A stretch of 64,000 nt of DNA from Clostridia bacterium (GTDB taxonomy: Bacteria > Bacillota > Clostridia > Christensenellales > UBA1242): positions 4,767-68,766 of the forward strand of contig CAAGDD010000003.1 of assembly GCA_900768545.1 (NCBI GenBank), in the 5' to 3' direction. Under the pieces are notes generated by a model. The model saw nothing but the letters and a program-made list of their open reading frames with translations, was not told the origin of the DNA and made no database searches. Of the stretch, positions 1 through 8,972 are shown piece by piece. Positions within the stretch are counted from its first letter, which is position 1, and each line of letters starts with the position of its first letter. A program made the position numbers and the translations under genes.

Positions 1-1338
1 TTCTTCTGAATCATCGCTTGAAGTTTCAACAGTTTCGAGTTTTGCATAGAAGTAAATGTATTTTCCGTCAAATGCTGTCAAACCTTTGTCAGAAATTGCA
101 GTCATCTTTGTGAGTGTTGTGCAATCAACTTCGTTTGTTTCTCCATTCAAAACGGCTGACAAGTCTGCTCTGTAAATTGCTGTTGTTGTTGACAAATAAA
201 CAGTTTTTCCGCTTGTTTCAACAATTTTGTAAGAAGAGATGCTTGATCCATTTGCCTTGAAATCTACTGTTGAGATCTTGTATCCATCAGTTGTCTTTTT
301 TGCAACAACAAGATTTGATGAATTTAAGAATGCGTAACCAACAGTTACATAACTATCGCTAACAAATTCTACGATTTCTTCAAAATCTGAAACACTACTG
401 CGGTAAAGTTCTTTTCCACTCAAAATTGTGTCATTATATGTTGCGTTTGTCATATCAGTAACATAAGTGTAAGTTGATCCGTCTTTTTGTGATTGAGTAT
501 AGAAAACAACATCTTTTTGACGACCAACAAATTTGTAAGTGTCGGCAGTTGCACGCATATCTTCACTTTTTGAAGAATCAGCTTTTATTTTTTTAACAAC
601 TGTGCCCTTAACATCAGAGTTGTCTTCATCTTTTTTGTCAACTGTGTAATAGATATATCCATTCCAGTCAAGAGAGCTTCCGTTTTGGTCTTTTTGATAT
701 GTTTTTGGAATTGCAACGCTTGTAACATTATCAGCCAAAACGACTGCATTGTTTGCAACGCGTCTTGAATTTCCAATTTCAATCTTGATAAGGTTTGTCC
801 CAGCAAGAAAAACGATATAATAGTTTTCTCTATATTTCAAAACTTCGATTTGAGAAACAGTGCCTTCTGCTGTGTAAAGTTCTTTGTTTTTGTCACCATT
901 GAGTTTACATCTCATAATTGTGGTGTAATCATAATGTTTTTCAGGCTTACCTTCATCATTTTTAAATTCTTTTTGGTTTGGAACAGCATAATAAACATAG
1001 TCACCAAGTGCAAACATAAAACTGTTTTCGTGACCAACAACTTCACCTTCGACCATTTCAACAGTTTTTGGCGAATAATCTTGATCCTTTGCGCCAAAGT
1101 CAAGTTTTGTGTTTAATCTTGAAAGATAAGCATAAGTTTTTGCATCTTTGTAAGAAAATCCGCTGCCGATATCAGCAATAGAATTTCCAAAATACAAATT
1201 GTCGCTAACCATAACAGCAGAATTTCCATTGTAGATCACTTCTGTTTGGTCGTTTTGAATGTTTCCAACTGTTGCACAGCCGGCGAGCAAGAAAGAAGCC
1301 CCTAAAATTCCGCATAAGATTTTGTTTATTTTTTTCAT
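1..1338 (-). CDS. Putative secreted lipoprotein; C-terminal part cut off by the window start (446 codons visible); absent from the supplied ORF track
   Basis: Hand check: plus-strand frame 1 has no TTA/CTA/TCA triplet from nt 1 to 1338, and there is an ATG at 1338-1336. The N-terminus MKKINKILCGILGASFLLAGCATVGN is a signal peptide plus lipobox L-A-G-C. The mature part is rich in Tyr beta-strand-like motifs (GDYVYYAV, NGYIYYTV, GKYIYFYA), so a repeat or propeller-type fold is inferred. Confidence 0.75.
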   Translation of the reverse strand, partial: MKKINKILCGILGASFLLAGCATVGNIQNDQTEVIYNGNSAVMVSDNLYFGNSIADIGSGFSYKDAKTYAYLSRLNTKLDFGAKDQDYSPKTVEMVEGEVVGHENSFMFALGDYVYYAVPNQKEFKNDEGKPEKHYDYTTIMRCKLNGDKNKELYTAEGTVSQIEVLKYRENYYIVFLAGTNLIKIEIGNSRRVANNAVVLADNVTSVAIPKTYQKDQNGSSLDWNGYIYYTVDKKDEDNSDVKGTVVKKIKADSSKSEDMRATADTYKFVGRQKDVVFYTQSQKDGSTYTYVTDMTNATYNDTILSGKELYRSSVSDFEEIVEFVSDSYVTVGYAFLNSSNLVVAKKTTDGYKISTVDFKANGSSISSYKIVETSGKTVYLSTTTAIYRADLSAVLNGETNEVDCTTLTKMTAISDKGLTAFDGKYIYFYAKLETVETSSDDSEE

Positions 1339-1412
1339 TTAATTCTCCAAATAAAAATATCTTTGTTTATTTTACACTATTATTGCCACAAAAGTCAATA
1401 ATTTTCAAAAAT

Positions 1413-2108
1413 TTAATCTATCTCAACAAGTCGATTCCCTACAAGGTCGCACGAAGTCAAATAATAGGTGATGCCGTGCTTGTTTAAAATCAAACTTTGT
1501 TTTCGATAGGCGTGAATATGTCCATACACCACTTTGTAAGCACCATATTTTTCCAAAAGCGAAGTTACTTCATTGTCTTCTTCTTTGAAAGTGTAAGGTG
1601 GATAATGCAGCATACAAATAATTTTTTCATCATTTTCTTTGAGTTTTTGTGCGTTTTGCAAAGTAAGTTCCAAGCGAATCAACTCGCGCCTGTAAATTTT
1701 TTCATCTTCGGCAGAAAGTGGTTTGTTTTCGTCTGGCAAGTTCCAAAGGCGCGTCCCGCAAATTATGTAATTGCCAAATTTCAACGCATCATTTTGAATT
1801 GCATAAAAGTCAAAAGGCAAAATTTGTCTAACGCCGCTGATACTTTTCCACCAATAATCATGATTTCCGCGAATGATTATCTTTTTGCCCGGCAAATTTC
1901 TCAAAAGTTCAAAATCTTCTTTTGTGTCTTCAAGTTTCATCGCCCAAGAAAAATCACCGCACATCAAAACCAAATCGTCGTCAGCGACTTTTTGCTTCCA
2001 ATCAGCAAAAATTTTCTCTAAATATCCTTCCCACGTTGGCCCAAAAATATCCATTGGTTTTGGATTGTTTACCGACAAGTGCAAATCGCTTATCGCAAAA
2101 ACTTTCAT
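1413..2108 (-). CDS. Metallophosphoesterase (calcineurin-like phosphoesterase family)
   Basis: 231-aa ORF with the motifs DLHLS, GDFSW and RGNHDYWW typical of metallophosphoesterases. Its ATG overlaps the upstream TGA stop (ATGA at 2105-2108), indicating an operon with YqeY. Confidence 0.85.
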   Translation of the reverse strand: MKVFAISDLHLSVNNPKPMDIFGPTWEGYLEKIFADWKQKVADDDLVLMCGDFSWAMKLEDTKEDFELLRNLPGKKIIIRGNHDYWWKSISGVRQILPFDFYAIQNDALKFGNYIICGTRLWNLPDENKPLSAEDEKIYRRELIRLELTLQNAQKLKENDEKIICMLHYPPYTFKEEDNEVTSLLEKYGAYKVVYGHIHAYRKQSLILNKHGITYYLTSCDLVGNRLVEID

Positions 2109-2530
2109 ACGCCTTCCTTCAAAACTTCTTGAACCAAACGCATATCAACTTTTCCGTTGAAGTTTGCTTTAAAATATTTCATAACGCTTGGCACTGATTT
2201 GTCGTCAAGTTTTGAAATTTCTGCTTTGATTTCGTCCTTTGAAAGTTGTTTTGGAAGAAGTGAAGAAGCAATTTCGATTTGCTTGTCAAGAATTTCAGCT
2301 TCTTTTGTGTTGTTTACTTTCAAATAGTTTTCTTTTTGTTCGAAAAATTCTTTAACCATTTTTTGCAAAATGTTTGAAACAGTTGCGTCGTCAAGCATAC
2401 TCTCTCTGTCGCCTTTTGCAATTTTTTCGAGCAAAATTCTGTTTTTCAATACGCTATAAAAATTTCTTGCGATTGTATCTTTGTTTTTCATCGCTTCAAT
2501 ATTTGCTTTTTTAATTTGTTCTTCTATCAT
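2105..2530 (-). CDS. GatB/YqeY domain-containing protein
   Basis: 141-aa ORF. The N-terminus MIEEQIKKANIEAMKNKD...ARNFYSVLKNRIL and the size match the YqeY family. An AAGGAG RBS lies upstream of the ATG. Confidence 0.85.
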   Translation of the reverse strand: MIEEQIKKANIEAMKNKDTIARNFYSVLKNRILLEKIAKGDRESMLDDATVSNILQKMVKEFFEQKENYLKVNNTKEAEILDKQIEIASSLLPKQLSKDEIKAEISKLDDKSVPSVMKYFKANFNGKVDMRLVQEVLKEGV

Positions 2531-2617
2531 AATAAAACTCCTTATGTTTAATTATAACCTTTTTGATAAACAAAATCAACTAATTCAAAATCCAAACAAA
2601 AAATTTGTTGAATTTGA

Positions 2618-2646
2618 TTGACAAACCGTGTCGCTTTGTGTATAAT
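2618..2646 (+). promoter_or_regulatory. Sigma-70/SigA-type promoter for tRNA-Met
   Basis: Perfect TTGACA (2618-2623), a 17-nt spacer, and perfect TATAAT (2641-2646), about 19 nt upstream of the tRNA 5' end. Confidence 0.6.
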
Positions 2647-2664
2647 AATCGTGTTTTAACTTTT

Positions 2665-2741
2665 GGTGATGTAGCTCAGCTGGCTAGAGCGTATGGTTCA
2701 TACCCATAAGGTCACTGGTTCGATCCCAGTCATCACCACCA
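2665..2741 (+). tRNA. tRNA-Met (CAT), elongator type, CCA encoded
   Basis: Cloverleaf read by hand from GGTGATGTAGCTCAGCTGGCTAGAGCGTATGGTTCATACCCATAAGGTCACTGGTTCGATCCCAGTCATCACCACCA. The acceptor GGTGATG pairs with CATCACC, the anticodon loop is TTCATAC, and the T-loop is GGTTCGATCC. Position 1:72 is paired, so it is not an initiator. An Ile2 (lysidine) identity cannot be fully excluded. Confidence 0.9.
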
Positions 2742-2743
2742 AA

Positions 2744-2779
2744 GAAATAAAAAAGTCCAAAAGGACTTTTTTTATTTCT
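2744..2779 (+). terminator. Rho-independent terminator after tRNA-Met
   Basis: Hairpin AAAAAGTCC-AAAA-GGACTTTTT followed by a T-run, with outer A/T-rich arms extending the palindrome. Confidence 0.7.
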
Positions 2780-2940
2780 CAATGATATTTCAATTGTAAA
2801 TCAACCTATTTTAATAAAATAAATAATAAATAATATAATAAATTATAACAAATCATATTTAAATAAAATTCATTAAAACAAAGTTTATGATATTAAAATA
2901 CATTTCTTATTTTATAAGATCACAAATTTTACAAGACAAC

Positions 2941-2968
2941 AAAAAAGGATGCGATTTGCATCCTTTTT
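2941..2968 (-). terminator. Rho-independent terminator of the membrane-protein/micro-ORF operon
   Basis: Stem AAAGGATGC / GCATCCTTT with loop GATTT. On the minus strand it is followed by a T6 run. It begins at the stop codon of the 58-codon ORF. Confidence 0.7.
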
Positions 2969-3143
2969 ATTTTGAAATAGATTGCAGCTTCTCGGTGAAA
3001 TCTTTCAAAAATTTTTGTTGTTTTTCAACTTCACGCTGATCCTGTTTCTTTTTGTTTTCTTCGACCCACGATTTGAAAAACGGATTGTCATTCACAAACG
3101 CTATCTTAAAAATGTCAGAAAGTTGTTTAATTATTCCTTTCAT
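2967..3143 (-). CDS. Small hypothetical protein (58 aa), translationally coupled to the 791-aa membrane protein; below the ORF-track size cutoff
   Basis: Hand translation gives MKGIIKQLSDIFKIAFVNDNPFFKSWVEENKKKQDQREVEKQQKFLKDFTEKLQSISK. Its ATG shares one nucleotide with the upstream TAA stop (TAATG at 3145-3141), and a terminator follows directly. Confidence 0.45.
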   Translation of the reverse strand: MKGIIKQLSDIFKIAFVNDNPFFKSWVEENKKKQDQREVEKQQKFLKDFTEKLQSISK

Positions 3144-5518
3144 TATTTTTTATCACCGCTTTTGTTTACATTATCCATTTTCTCGTTAAGACTACTCAAA
3201 GAATCTGTTATTGATTTTTGATAATCACTTTGACTCTTCTTTGCTGCATCTTCTTTCTTCTTGTCAGAGCCTTTCTTAACTTCTTCTTTTACATCTTTAA
3301 CGAATGGAAGTCCGCCGTATGTGTCACCTGCCAAGCCCATCGAACCTTTTGTAACATCTTGGACTGCCGACGAGAATTTAGAACCTGTCATCTTTCCATA
3401 AGCTTTTGCTTGACCGGCATGATAAGTCATTCTTTCACTAGTATCGCTAACGCGCTGTTTTACTATTCCTTTTGTAAAATCATTTTCCTTACTTCTTTCA
3501 TCAGCTGACAACAAGCCAAACAATCGTTTATCTTGATGATCTATATCAAGATTCTTGTTTGCTGCTTTTTGTCTCTTTTCAAATGCTTTTTGATTGATAT
3601 TATTAACTTGATTTTTAAGTTTTTCTCCCTTTCCTTGATCTGCTCTCCAAGTGATATTTTCCGCACTCATTTTTCTACCAAACGCTTTAGAAGCTTTTGT
3701 TTCATCAGCATATCCTTGAGCAACAAGTTTTGCATCTTTTTTAGACAAGCCTAATTCTTGGGCTTTTCTTTCTGCTCCTTTTTGAGACAATCCTTCCATA
3801 TCTGCTAATTTTCCAGCGACTTCATTTCGCTTATCATATCTTTCAAGACGTTTTTGATCTTTTTGAGCACTTCTATTCTTCAAGAAATCTACACCAGTTT
3901 GAACGCCAGCCACGCCAGTTCTAATTCCGCCATAAGCTGCTTGACCAGCCTTCACAGCAACTGCTGGAGCTTTGAGTGCCAACTTACCTGCACCAAGTGC
4001 AAGTTTTCCGCCTTTCATTGCTGCGGTTCCTGTTTCGGTTGCAAGATCTTTTCCGGTTTTGTTTGAATCAGCACCGCCGATCAAATCTGAAAAAAGACCA
4101 ATCATCGCTTTAACTGTGATAAGACCAGCAATCAAAATCAAGGTTTGCATAATAATGTCAATCAATTTGATATTGAAGAAGTCAATTGTGTTTATATATG
4201 GCAAGATCAAGAACATCAGGTTCATGCCGACAACAGCACCATAAGTCATAAGAACATTTTTCATAAAGTTGCTGCGCCATTTCTTTCCTGCATCACCGCC
4301 ATCAAGTGGAGCAAGACCAAACAATGGTGGAGCGATCAAGAACAATACTATGCAAGTAAACAAACGAGAGATCAAACCAAAAACAATATTTACAAGCACG
4401 CCCGCTGTGAGCATAACCCCAGCAAAGCCAACAATAAAGTTGAATTGCCACAAATCATAATAATACCAAACTGCGCCGACATTAAATTTTGAGAACGCTG
4501 AAATGTTTGTGGTCAAGAAATTTGCAAAGTATTTAAATGATACAATGTTTTGTGTTCCACCAAGATCATAACTGAGAGTAATGCTGTCTTTGGTGTGCAA
4601 GTTGTTTGCAAAACAAGTGTCAACCATATCAGCAAGTTGATCTCTATCTTTTGCATTTTTAAACAAATCAAAATTTGTTCCACGAGAGCCAGTAAAGTTT
4701 CCTTGGCTGTAAGTGCCAAGTCTTACACGGTTTGCGTTATACGCTGCCACCCTAAAGAGTTGTCCAGATATTGGAGCATTTGTCGCACCAATTGTCGCTA
4801 CATCTGTGCCCTTCCAAGTATCTTTTTCGACAGCCGAGAACTGCTTTCCATATTTAATCTTGCAGTTTGCACCAAACATATCATAATAGATATAAGTTTT
4901 TCCGCCATTGACAGTATCGACAGAATAGAGATATTTTGAAGCGACACTTTCATTTATTGTATTGCCTTCGCCATCTGTGCTGCTTTCAGTTCCAAACAGA
5001 GTTTCAATAGAAGATGTGCTTGTCGAAGTAATAGAATCAACAGCTGTCAAGATTGCTTGATTGATATACAATCCCAAAACAACGATGATAGGAACAGCGA
5101 CCATATTAACCACAGCTTTTCCTGCAGTGTAAACATATTGCATTGGACCTTTTGCTGATTTATCATCATAAGTGTAGTGACTTTTGATAATAGCAACAAT
5201 TGTGGTCATAAAGAGCATAATCAATCCAAACACGATAAATGCCCAAAATACATTTGTCAAAACAGAATATTCAACGCCGTCAGAGCGAATGCCTAAAATC
5301 CCAGTGATGAAGTTTGAAACGATATCGCCTGTGACTTTCTTTCCGTCGACAAAATAAACATCAAGACCGGCAAGTTTTCTAAACGCCATTTGAAGCACGT
5401 CCAAAATACACGCCAAAGATGCATACAACAAATATATCAACTTTGGAATAAGGTTGAACAATGCTGTGAAAAAGTCTTTAAAAAATTGCAAAATGCCCGC
5501 ATTAAGCAAAGAAACCAT
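3143..5518 (-). CDS. Large polytopic membrane protein of unknown function (791 aa) with a Lys/Ala/Gly-rich C-terminal tail
   Basis: AGGAGG RBS upstream of the ATG at 5518. Several long hydrophobic segments are present (e.g. VFWAFIVFGLIMLFMTTIVAII, IVGFAGVMLTAGVLVNIVFGLISRLFTCIVLFLIAPPLFGL). A hydrophilic loop of about 190 aa separates the hydrophobic clusters. The last ~300 aa are charged and low in complexity (GKLALGAGKLALKAPAVAVKAG...). Confidence 0.85.
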   Translation of the reverse strand: MVSLLNAGILQFFKDFFTALFNLIPKLIYLLYASLACILDVLQMAFRKLAGLDVYFVDGKKVTGDIVSNFITGILGIRSDGVEYSVLTNVFWAFIVFGLIMLFMTTIVAIIKSHYTYDDKSAKGPMQYVYTAGKAVVNMVAVPIIVVLGLYINQAILTAVDSITSTSTSSIETLFGTESSTDGEGNTINESVASKYLYSVDTVNGGKTYIYYDMFGANCKIKYGKQFSAVEKDTWKGTDVATIGATNAPISGQLFRVAAYNANRVRLGTYSQGNFTGSRGTNFDLFKNAKDRDQLADMVDTCFANNLHTKDSITLSYDLGGTQNIVSFKYFANFLTTNISAFSKFNVGAVWYYYDLWQFNFIVGFAGVMLTAGVLVNIVFGLISRLFTCIVLFLIAPPLFGLAPLDGGDAGKKWRSNFMKNVLMTYGAVVGMNLMFLILPYINTIDFFNIKLIDIIMQTLILIAGLITVKAMIGLFSDLIGGADSNKTGKDLATETGTAAMKGGKLALGAGKLALKAPAVAVKAGQAAYGGIRTGVAGVQTGVDFLKNRSAQKDQKRLERYDKRNEVAGKLADMEGLSQKGAERKAQELGLSKKDAKLVAQGYADETKASKAFGRKMSAENITWRADQGKGEKLKNQVNNINQKAFEKRQKAANKNLDIDHQDKRLFGLLSADERSKENDFTKGIVKQRVSDTSERMTYHAGQAKAYGKMTGSKFSSAVQDVTKGSMGLAGDTYGGLPFVKDVKEEVKKGSDKKKEDAAKKSQSDYQKSITDSLSSLNEKMDNVNKSGDKK

Positions 5519-5544
5519 AACTTGCCTCCTGTCTTATTTTTCTT

Positions 5545-5573
5545 ATTATAACAAATTAAAATACATTTTACAA
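5545..5573 (-). promoter_or_regulatory. Candidate promoter of the membrane-protein operon
   Basis: Minus strand: TTGTAA (-35), a 17-nt spacer, then TGtTATAAT (extended -10), about 25 nt upstream of the ATG at 5518. Confidence 0.45.
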
Positions 5574-5768
5574 CAATTTTGTATAAAATTTCGTCATAAT
5601 AATATAATTTTATTTATAAATATTTATTTTTTTCATATTGAAAAATCTCCAAAATTTGACCATTTTTCAAAATTTGGAGCAATAATGTGGAAAAATTTAT
5701 ATTTTTTTGAATAAAAAGCGTCTTTGTTGTGAAATTTTTGTTCGAAAAATATTTAACAAAATTTTTGT

Positions 5769-5796
5769 TTGTTTTTTGTGATAAATAAAGTATAAT
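5769..5796 (+). promoter_or_regulatory. Candidate uvrC promoter placing the transcription start at or next to the ATG (leaderless candidate)
   Basis: TATAAT at 5791-5796, only 6 nt before the ATG at 5803. A weak -35 TTGTTT lies at 5769-5774 (16-nt spacer). No GGAG-like motif is present upstream. Confidence 0.35.
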
Positions 5797-5802
5797 AAAA
5801 AT

Positions 5803-7629
5803 ATGAACGACAAAATTAAAGCAAAACTTAAAACTTTGACAAAAAAGCCCGGCGTTTATATTATGCGTGACAAAAACGGAGAGATTATTTATATCGGCAA
5901 AGCCAAAAATTTGAAAAATCGTGTCAGCCAATATTTTAGAAATTCGCCAAAACCTATCAAAGTTCAATCGATGGTCAACAATGTTGATGATTTTGATTAT
6001 TTTATCGCGATGAGCGAACTTGACGCACTTGCGCTTGAAAGCAATCTTATCAAAAAACACCAGCCTTTTTACAACATTTTGTTGAAAGACGGGAAGGCTT
6101 TTCCTTATATAAAAATCACCACGAGCGAAGACTTTCCACGACTTGAAATCGTGCGCAAAGTCAAGAAAAATGACGGCAACAAATATTTTGGTCCTTACAT
6201 TTGTGGCATTGACCCACACGAAATTTTGATGACCATAAATTTGGCTTACAAGGTGCGCACCTGCTCTCACAAAATCGACGGAAAAGCCAAGCGTGAATGC
6301 TTGAATTATTCGCTCGGGCTTTGCTTTGCGCCTTGCACAGGACGAGTGACAAAAGAAGAATATGGCGAAGAAATCAAGAAAGTAATTAAATTTTTAAACG
6401 GAAATGACGACGAAATTGAAAACATTTTGAAAGAAAAAATGCAAATCTCGTCTGATCTTCAAAATTTTGAGCGTGCAATCCAGCTTCGTGAAAGCATCAA
6501 AATGGTCGAAAAACTCAAACAACGCGTCGTGGCAAACTTGCCAAAAGATGTTGACAAAGACATCTTTGCTTATTCGACAAACGGCATAAGCGGCGTTGTG
6601 AACGTTTTGATTGTTCGAAGCGGAAAGATTTTGGGAGTTGCAAACTTTGAGCAAAGCGACGCCGAACTTGAAGAAAGCGAAACTTTATTCAACTTTATAT
6701 GTCAATATTATTCAAATACACTTGTTCCGCACGAAATTGTGGTCAGCCACCCTATCGATGAAGAATTGCTTTTGCAATATCTTGGAAAAAACACAAACAT
6801 TGTTTCAAATCCACATGGCACAAACTTCACACTTTTGAAAATGGCGAAGGAAAACGCGACCGAATATCTTGAAAAGCATCTCAAAAAAGAACAACTAGCT
6901 TTCAATGAAGGAATAGGTGCGGTCAAAGCACTTCAAGAAAAACTTGGGCTCAAAAATTTGCCACGCCGAATGGAGTGTTATGATATCTCGCACATCAGCG
7001 GCACAAACAAAGTCGCATCAATGGTCGTGTTTATCGATGGGCAACCTGCGAAAAAAATGTATCGAAAATTTAAGATCAAAACCATTCAAGGTTCAAACGA
7101 CTTCGCCTGCCTTCAAGAAGCATTGTCGCGCCGATTGAAGCGACTTCAAGATCAAAATGGCGAAAGTTTTAAAGACTGCCCAGACCTTTTGGTCATCGAC
7201 GGCGGAAAAGGACAACTTTCTTCGTGTTATGAAATTTTGAAAGAATTTGGCTTTGAAAACAAAATCGAAATGATCTCGCTTGCGAAGCGAATTGAAGAAG
7301 TCTTTGTGCCACACAGTCACATTCCGGTGATTTTGAAATACGCCAGTGCAGAGCTTCGACTTTTGCAACGCATTCGTGACGAAGCCCACAGATTTGCCAT
7401 AACTTTCCATCGCGAACTTCGCACAAAAAGCCAGACAAAGAGCGAACTTGAAAACATCAACGGGCTCGGGGCAAAAAAGATCGAAGCGCTTTTACTCGCG
7501 TTTGGCACAAGCGAAGCGATTTCGAAAGCCAGCGAAGAAGAACTTTGCCTTGTCAAAGGCATTCACCCAGCACTCGCCGCAAAAATCAAACAATATTTTG
7601 CAGAACAAAAAAGCGAAGAAAATAATTAA
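5803..7629 (+). CDS. uvrC: Excinuclease ABC subunit C
   Basis: 608 aa with an N-terminal GIY-YIG motif (GVYIMRDKNGEIIYIGKAKNLKNRVSQYF), a UvrC-type central/endonuclease region, and a C-terminal helix-hairpin-helix (INGLGAKKIEALL). An in-frame TAA at 5782-5784 rules out an upstream start. Confidence 0.95.
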   Translation: MNDKIKAKLKTLTKKPGVYIMRDKNGEIIYIGKAKNLKNRVSQYFRNSPKPIKVQSMVNNVDDFDYFIAMSELDALALESNLIKKHQPFYNILLKDGKAFPYIKITTSEDFPRLEIVRKVKKNDGNKYFGPYICGIDPHEILMTINLAYKVRTCSHKIDGKAKRECLNYSLGLCFAPCTGRVTKEEYGEEIKKVIKFLNGNDDEIENILKEKMQISSDLQNFERAIQLRESIKMVEKLKQRVVANLPKDVDKDIFAYSTNGISGVVNVLIVRSGKILGVANFEQSDAELEESETLFNFICQYYSNTLVPHEIVVSHPIDEELLLQYLGKNTNIVSNPHGTNFTLLKMAKENATEYLEKHLKKEQLAFNEGIGAVKALQEKLGLKNLPRRMECYDISHISGTNKVASMVVFIDGQPAKKMYRKFKIKTIQGSNDFACLQEALSRRLKRLQDQNGESFKDCPDLLVIDGGKGQLSSCYEILKEFGFENKIEMISLAKRIEEVFVPHSHIPVILKYASAELRLLQRIRDEAHRFAITFHRELRTKSQTKSELENINGLGAKKIEALLLAFGTSEAISKASEEELCLVKGIHPALAAKIKQYFAEQKSEENN

Positions 7630-7780
7630 AATTTGTTTAAAACGATCAATATCTCGAAAGTTTTGTATTATCAAATTTCAAAAATATTTAAAAACACAAA
7701 CAAAAAAACTCAACAAAAATTTGATAAAAAATATTTATTGTTCGCCCGTTTTCATTTGAAATCATATATTTTTATTAAAC

Positions 7781-7812
7781 AAAAAAGAACTCAAAATTTT
7801 GAGTTCTTTTAA
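7781..7812. terminator. Bidirectional rho-independent terminator between convergent uvrC and the GT2 genes
   Basis: Perfect palindrome AGAACTCAAAA/TTTTGAGTTCT (7786-7807) flanked by an A-run and a T-run. Confidence 0.7.
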
Positions 7813-7852
7813 TTTTTTATCAAAAATTTGTTAAAAAATGCGCTTTTTTTGA

Positions 7853-8872
7853 TTATTTTTTTATTTTTTGAGCTTTTTTCTCATATTGTTTGCAGCGACA
7901 AATTTTTATGTTCGCCGCAAACATAAAATAAAATGACGAATATGGAAGCGCAAGTTTAAGCCAAAATGGAATATATTTTGTGCGATAGACAAATTTGCGA
8001 TTTTTTCTAAATGCTCGATAAATCCATTTTATTGTTTCACTATTGTGATAATTTTTCGCTCTCAAAGCTCTAAACAAACAATCTTGCGAAAACATTGCAT
8101 AGACAGCACGAATATCATTTTTGCACGCTTCATATTTTTTGTTTTTTGATAAAAGTTCATCATCAAAGATATTTGAAATCTTCAACATCTTCTCCGAAAA
8201 GTTTGAGCGCATTGCACTGCCGTTTCTTTGACGATAAAAATACAACTTTTGATTTGTGAAATTTAACTTTTCTATTGTTTGAAAATATTTCAAGTTAAAT
8301 TCAAAATCTTCACCGACTGAAATTTCCGTTTCAAAAACATTTGGAAAATTTTGGATCTTCTTTAAGTTTTCCATTTTATACAATTTGTTCCACGGACACC
8401 ACTTCCATTTTTGCGAAACAAATTTTCTCATAATATCACAATTTGTTGTCTTGATTTTCGCACTCGAATATGATTTCAACTTGCATTGATCAAACTTTTT
8501 CTCTTCACCTATCTGCTTGAATGAGCACACGCTCAAGTCTGCGTCTTTGCAAGTTTTATGCAAGATTTCCAAAATTTGTGGGTGCAAAACATCATCTGGA
8601 TCGCAAAAATAAACAAACTCACCATTTGCGGCAGCAAGGCCGGAGTTTCGTGCCGAACTTACGCCACCATTTGGTTTTGAAACAAACTTAAATCTTTCAT
8701 CACTTTTGCAAAAATCTTCAATCATTTTCAAAGTGTTGTCTTTTGACCCGTCGTCAACAAAAATCACTTCAATGTTTTGATAAGTTTGTGCTTTGATCGA
8801 CTTGAAACAATCATCAAGCCACCTTTCAACATTATAACAAGGCAAAATCACCGAAATTAAATCTTTTTGCAT
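7853..8872 (-). CDS. Glycosyltransferase family 2 (paralog 2)
   Basis: Start moved from 9022 to the ATG at 8872, which has an AGGAG RBS and gives an N-terminus (MQKDLISVILPCYNVERWLDD) collinear with its neighbour. GT2 motifs are present: PCYN, FVDDGSKD, NGGVSSARN, DPDD. Confidence 0.85.
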   Translation of the reverse strand: MQKDLISVILPCYNVERWLDDCFKSIKAQTYQNIEVIFVDDGSKDNTLKMIEDFCKSDERFKFVSKPNGGVSSARNSGLAAANGEFVYFCDPDDVLHPQILEILHKTCKDADLSVCSFKQIGEEKKFDQCKLKSYSSAKIKTTNCDIMRKFVSQKWKWCPWNKLYKMENLKKIQNFPNVFETEISVGEDFEFNLKYFQTIEKLNFTNQKLYFYRQRNGSAMRSNFSEKMLKISNIFDDELLSKNKKYEACKNDIRAVYAMFSQDCLFRALRAKNYHNSETIKWIYRAFRKNRKFVYRTKYIPFWLKLALPYSSFYFMFAANIKICRCKQYEKKAQKIKK

Positions 8873-8972
8873 AAGTACTCCTGTACTTATTATAACAAAA
8901 CCCATTTTCAAACACAACAAAAAGTCAATAAAAAAATATAAACAACCTTTTCGATTGTTTATATCCGGATTT

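Noticed and set aside
2776-2940. 165-nt extremely AT-rich spacer after tRNA-Met, considered as an att site or island border, or as a replication-origin element
   Set aside because: There is no repeat of the tRNA-Met 3' end elsewhere in 2.7-5.8 kb, no integrase, and no DnaA-box-like TTATCCACA motifs. It is most simply a low-complexity intergenic spacer between two terminators.
5731-5744. Possible LexA (Cheo) box upstream of uvrC: GAAATTTTTGTTCG
   Set aside because: Only the right half-site (GTTCG) matches CGAAC-N4-GTTCG. The left half is 2-3 of 5 depending on register. The evidence is not good enough to call.
5614-6270. 218-aa minus-strand ORF overlapping the uvrC 5' region, plus similar antisense ORFs in the phosphoesterase, GlpK, SufBD, GlpA-like, ABC and oxidoreductase genes (e.g. 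1497-2021, 19031-19531, 24813-25427)
   Set aside because: They lie antisense to genes with clear family motifs. They have no RBS, and their sequences are low-complexity or hydrophobic junk.
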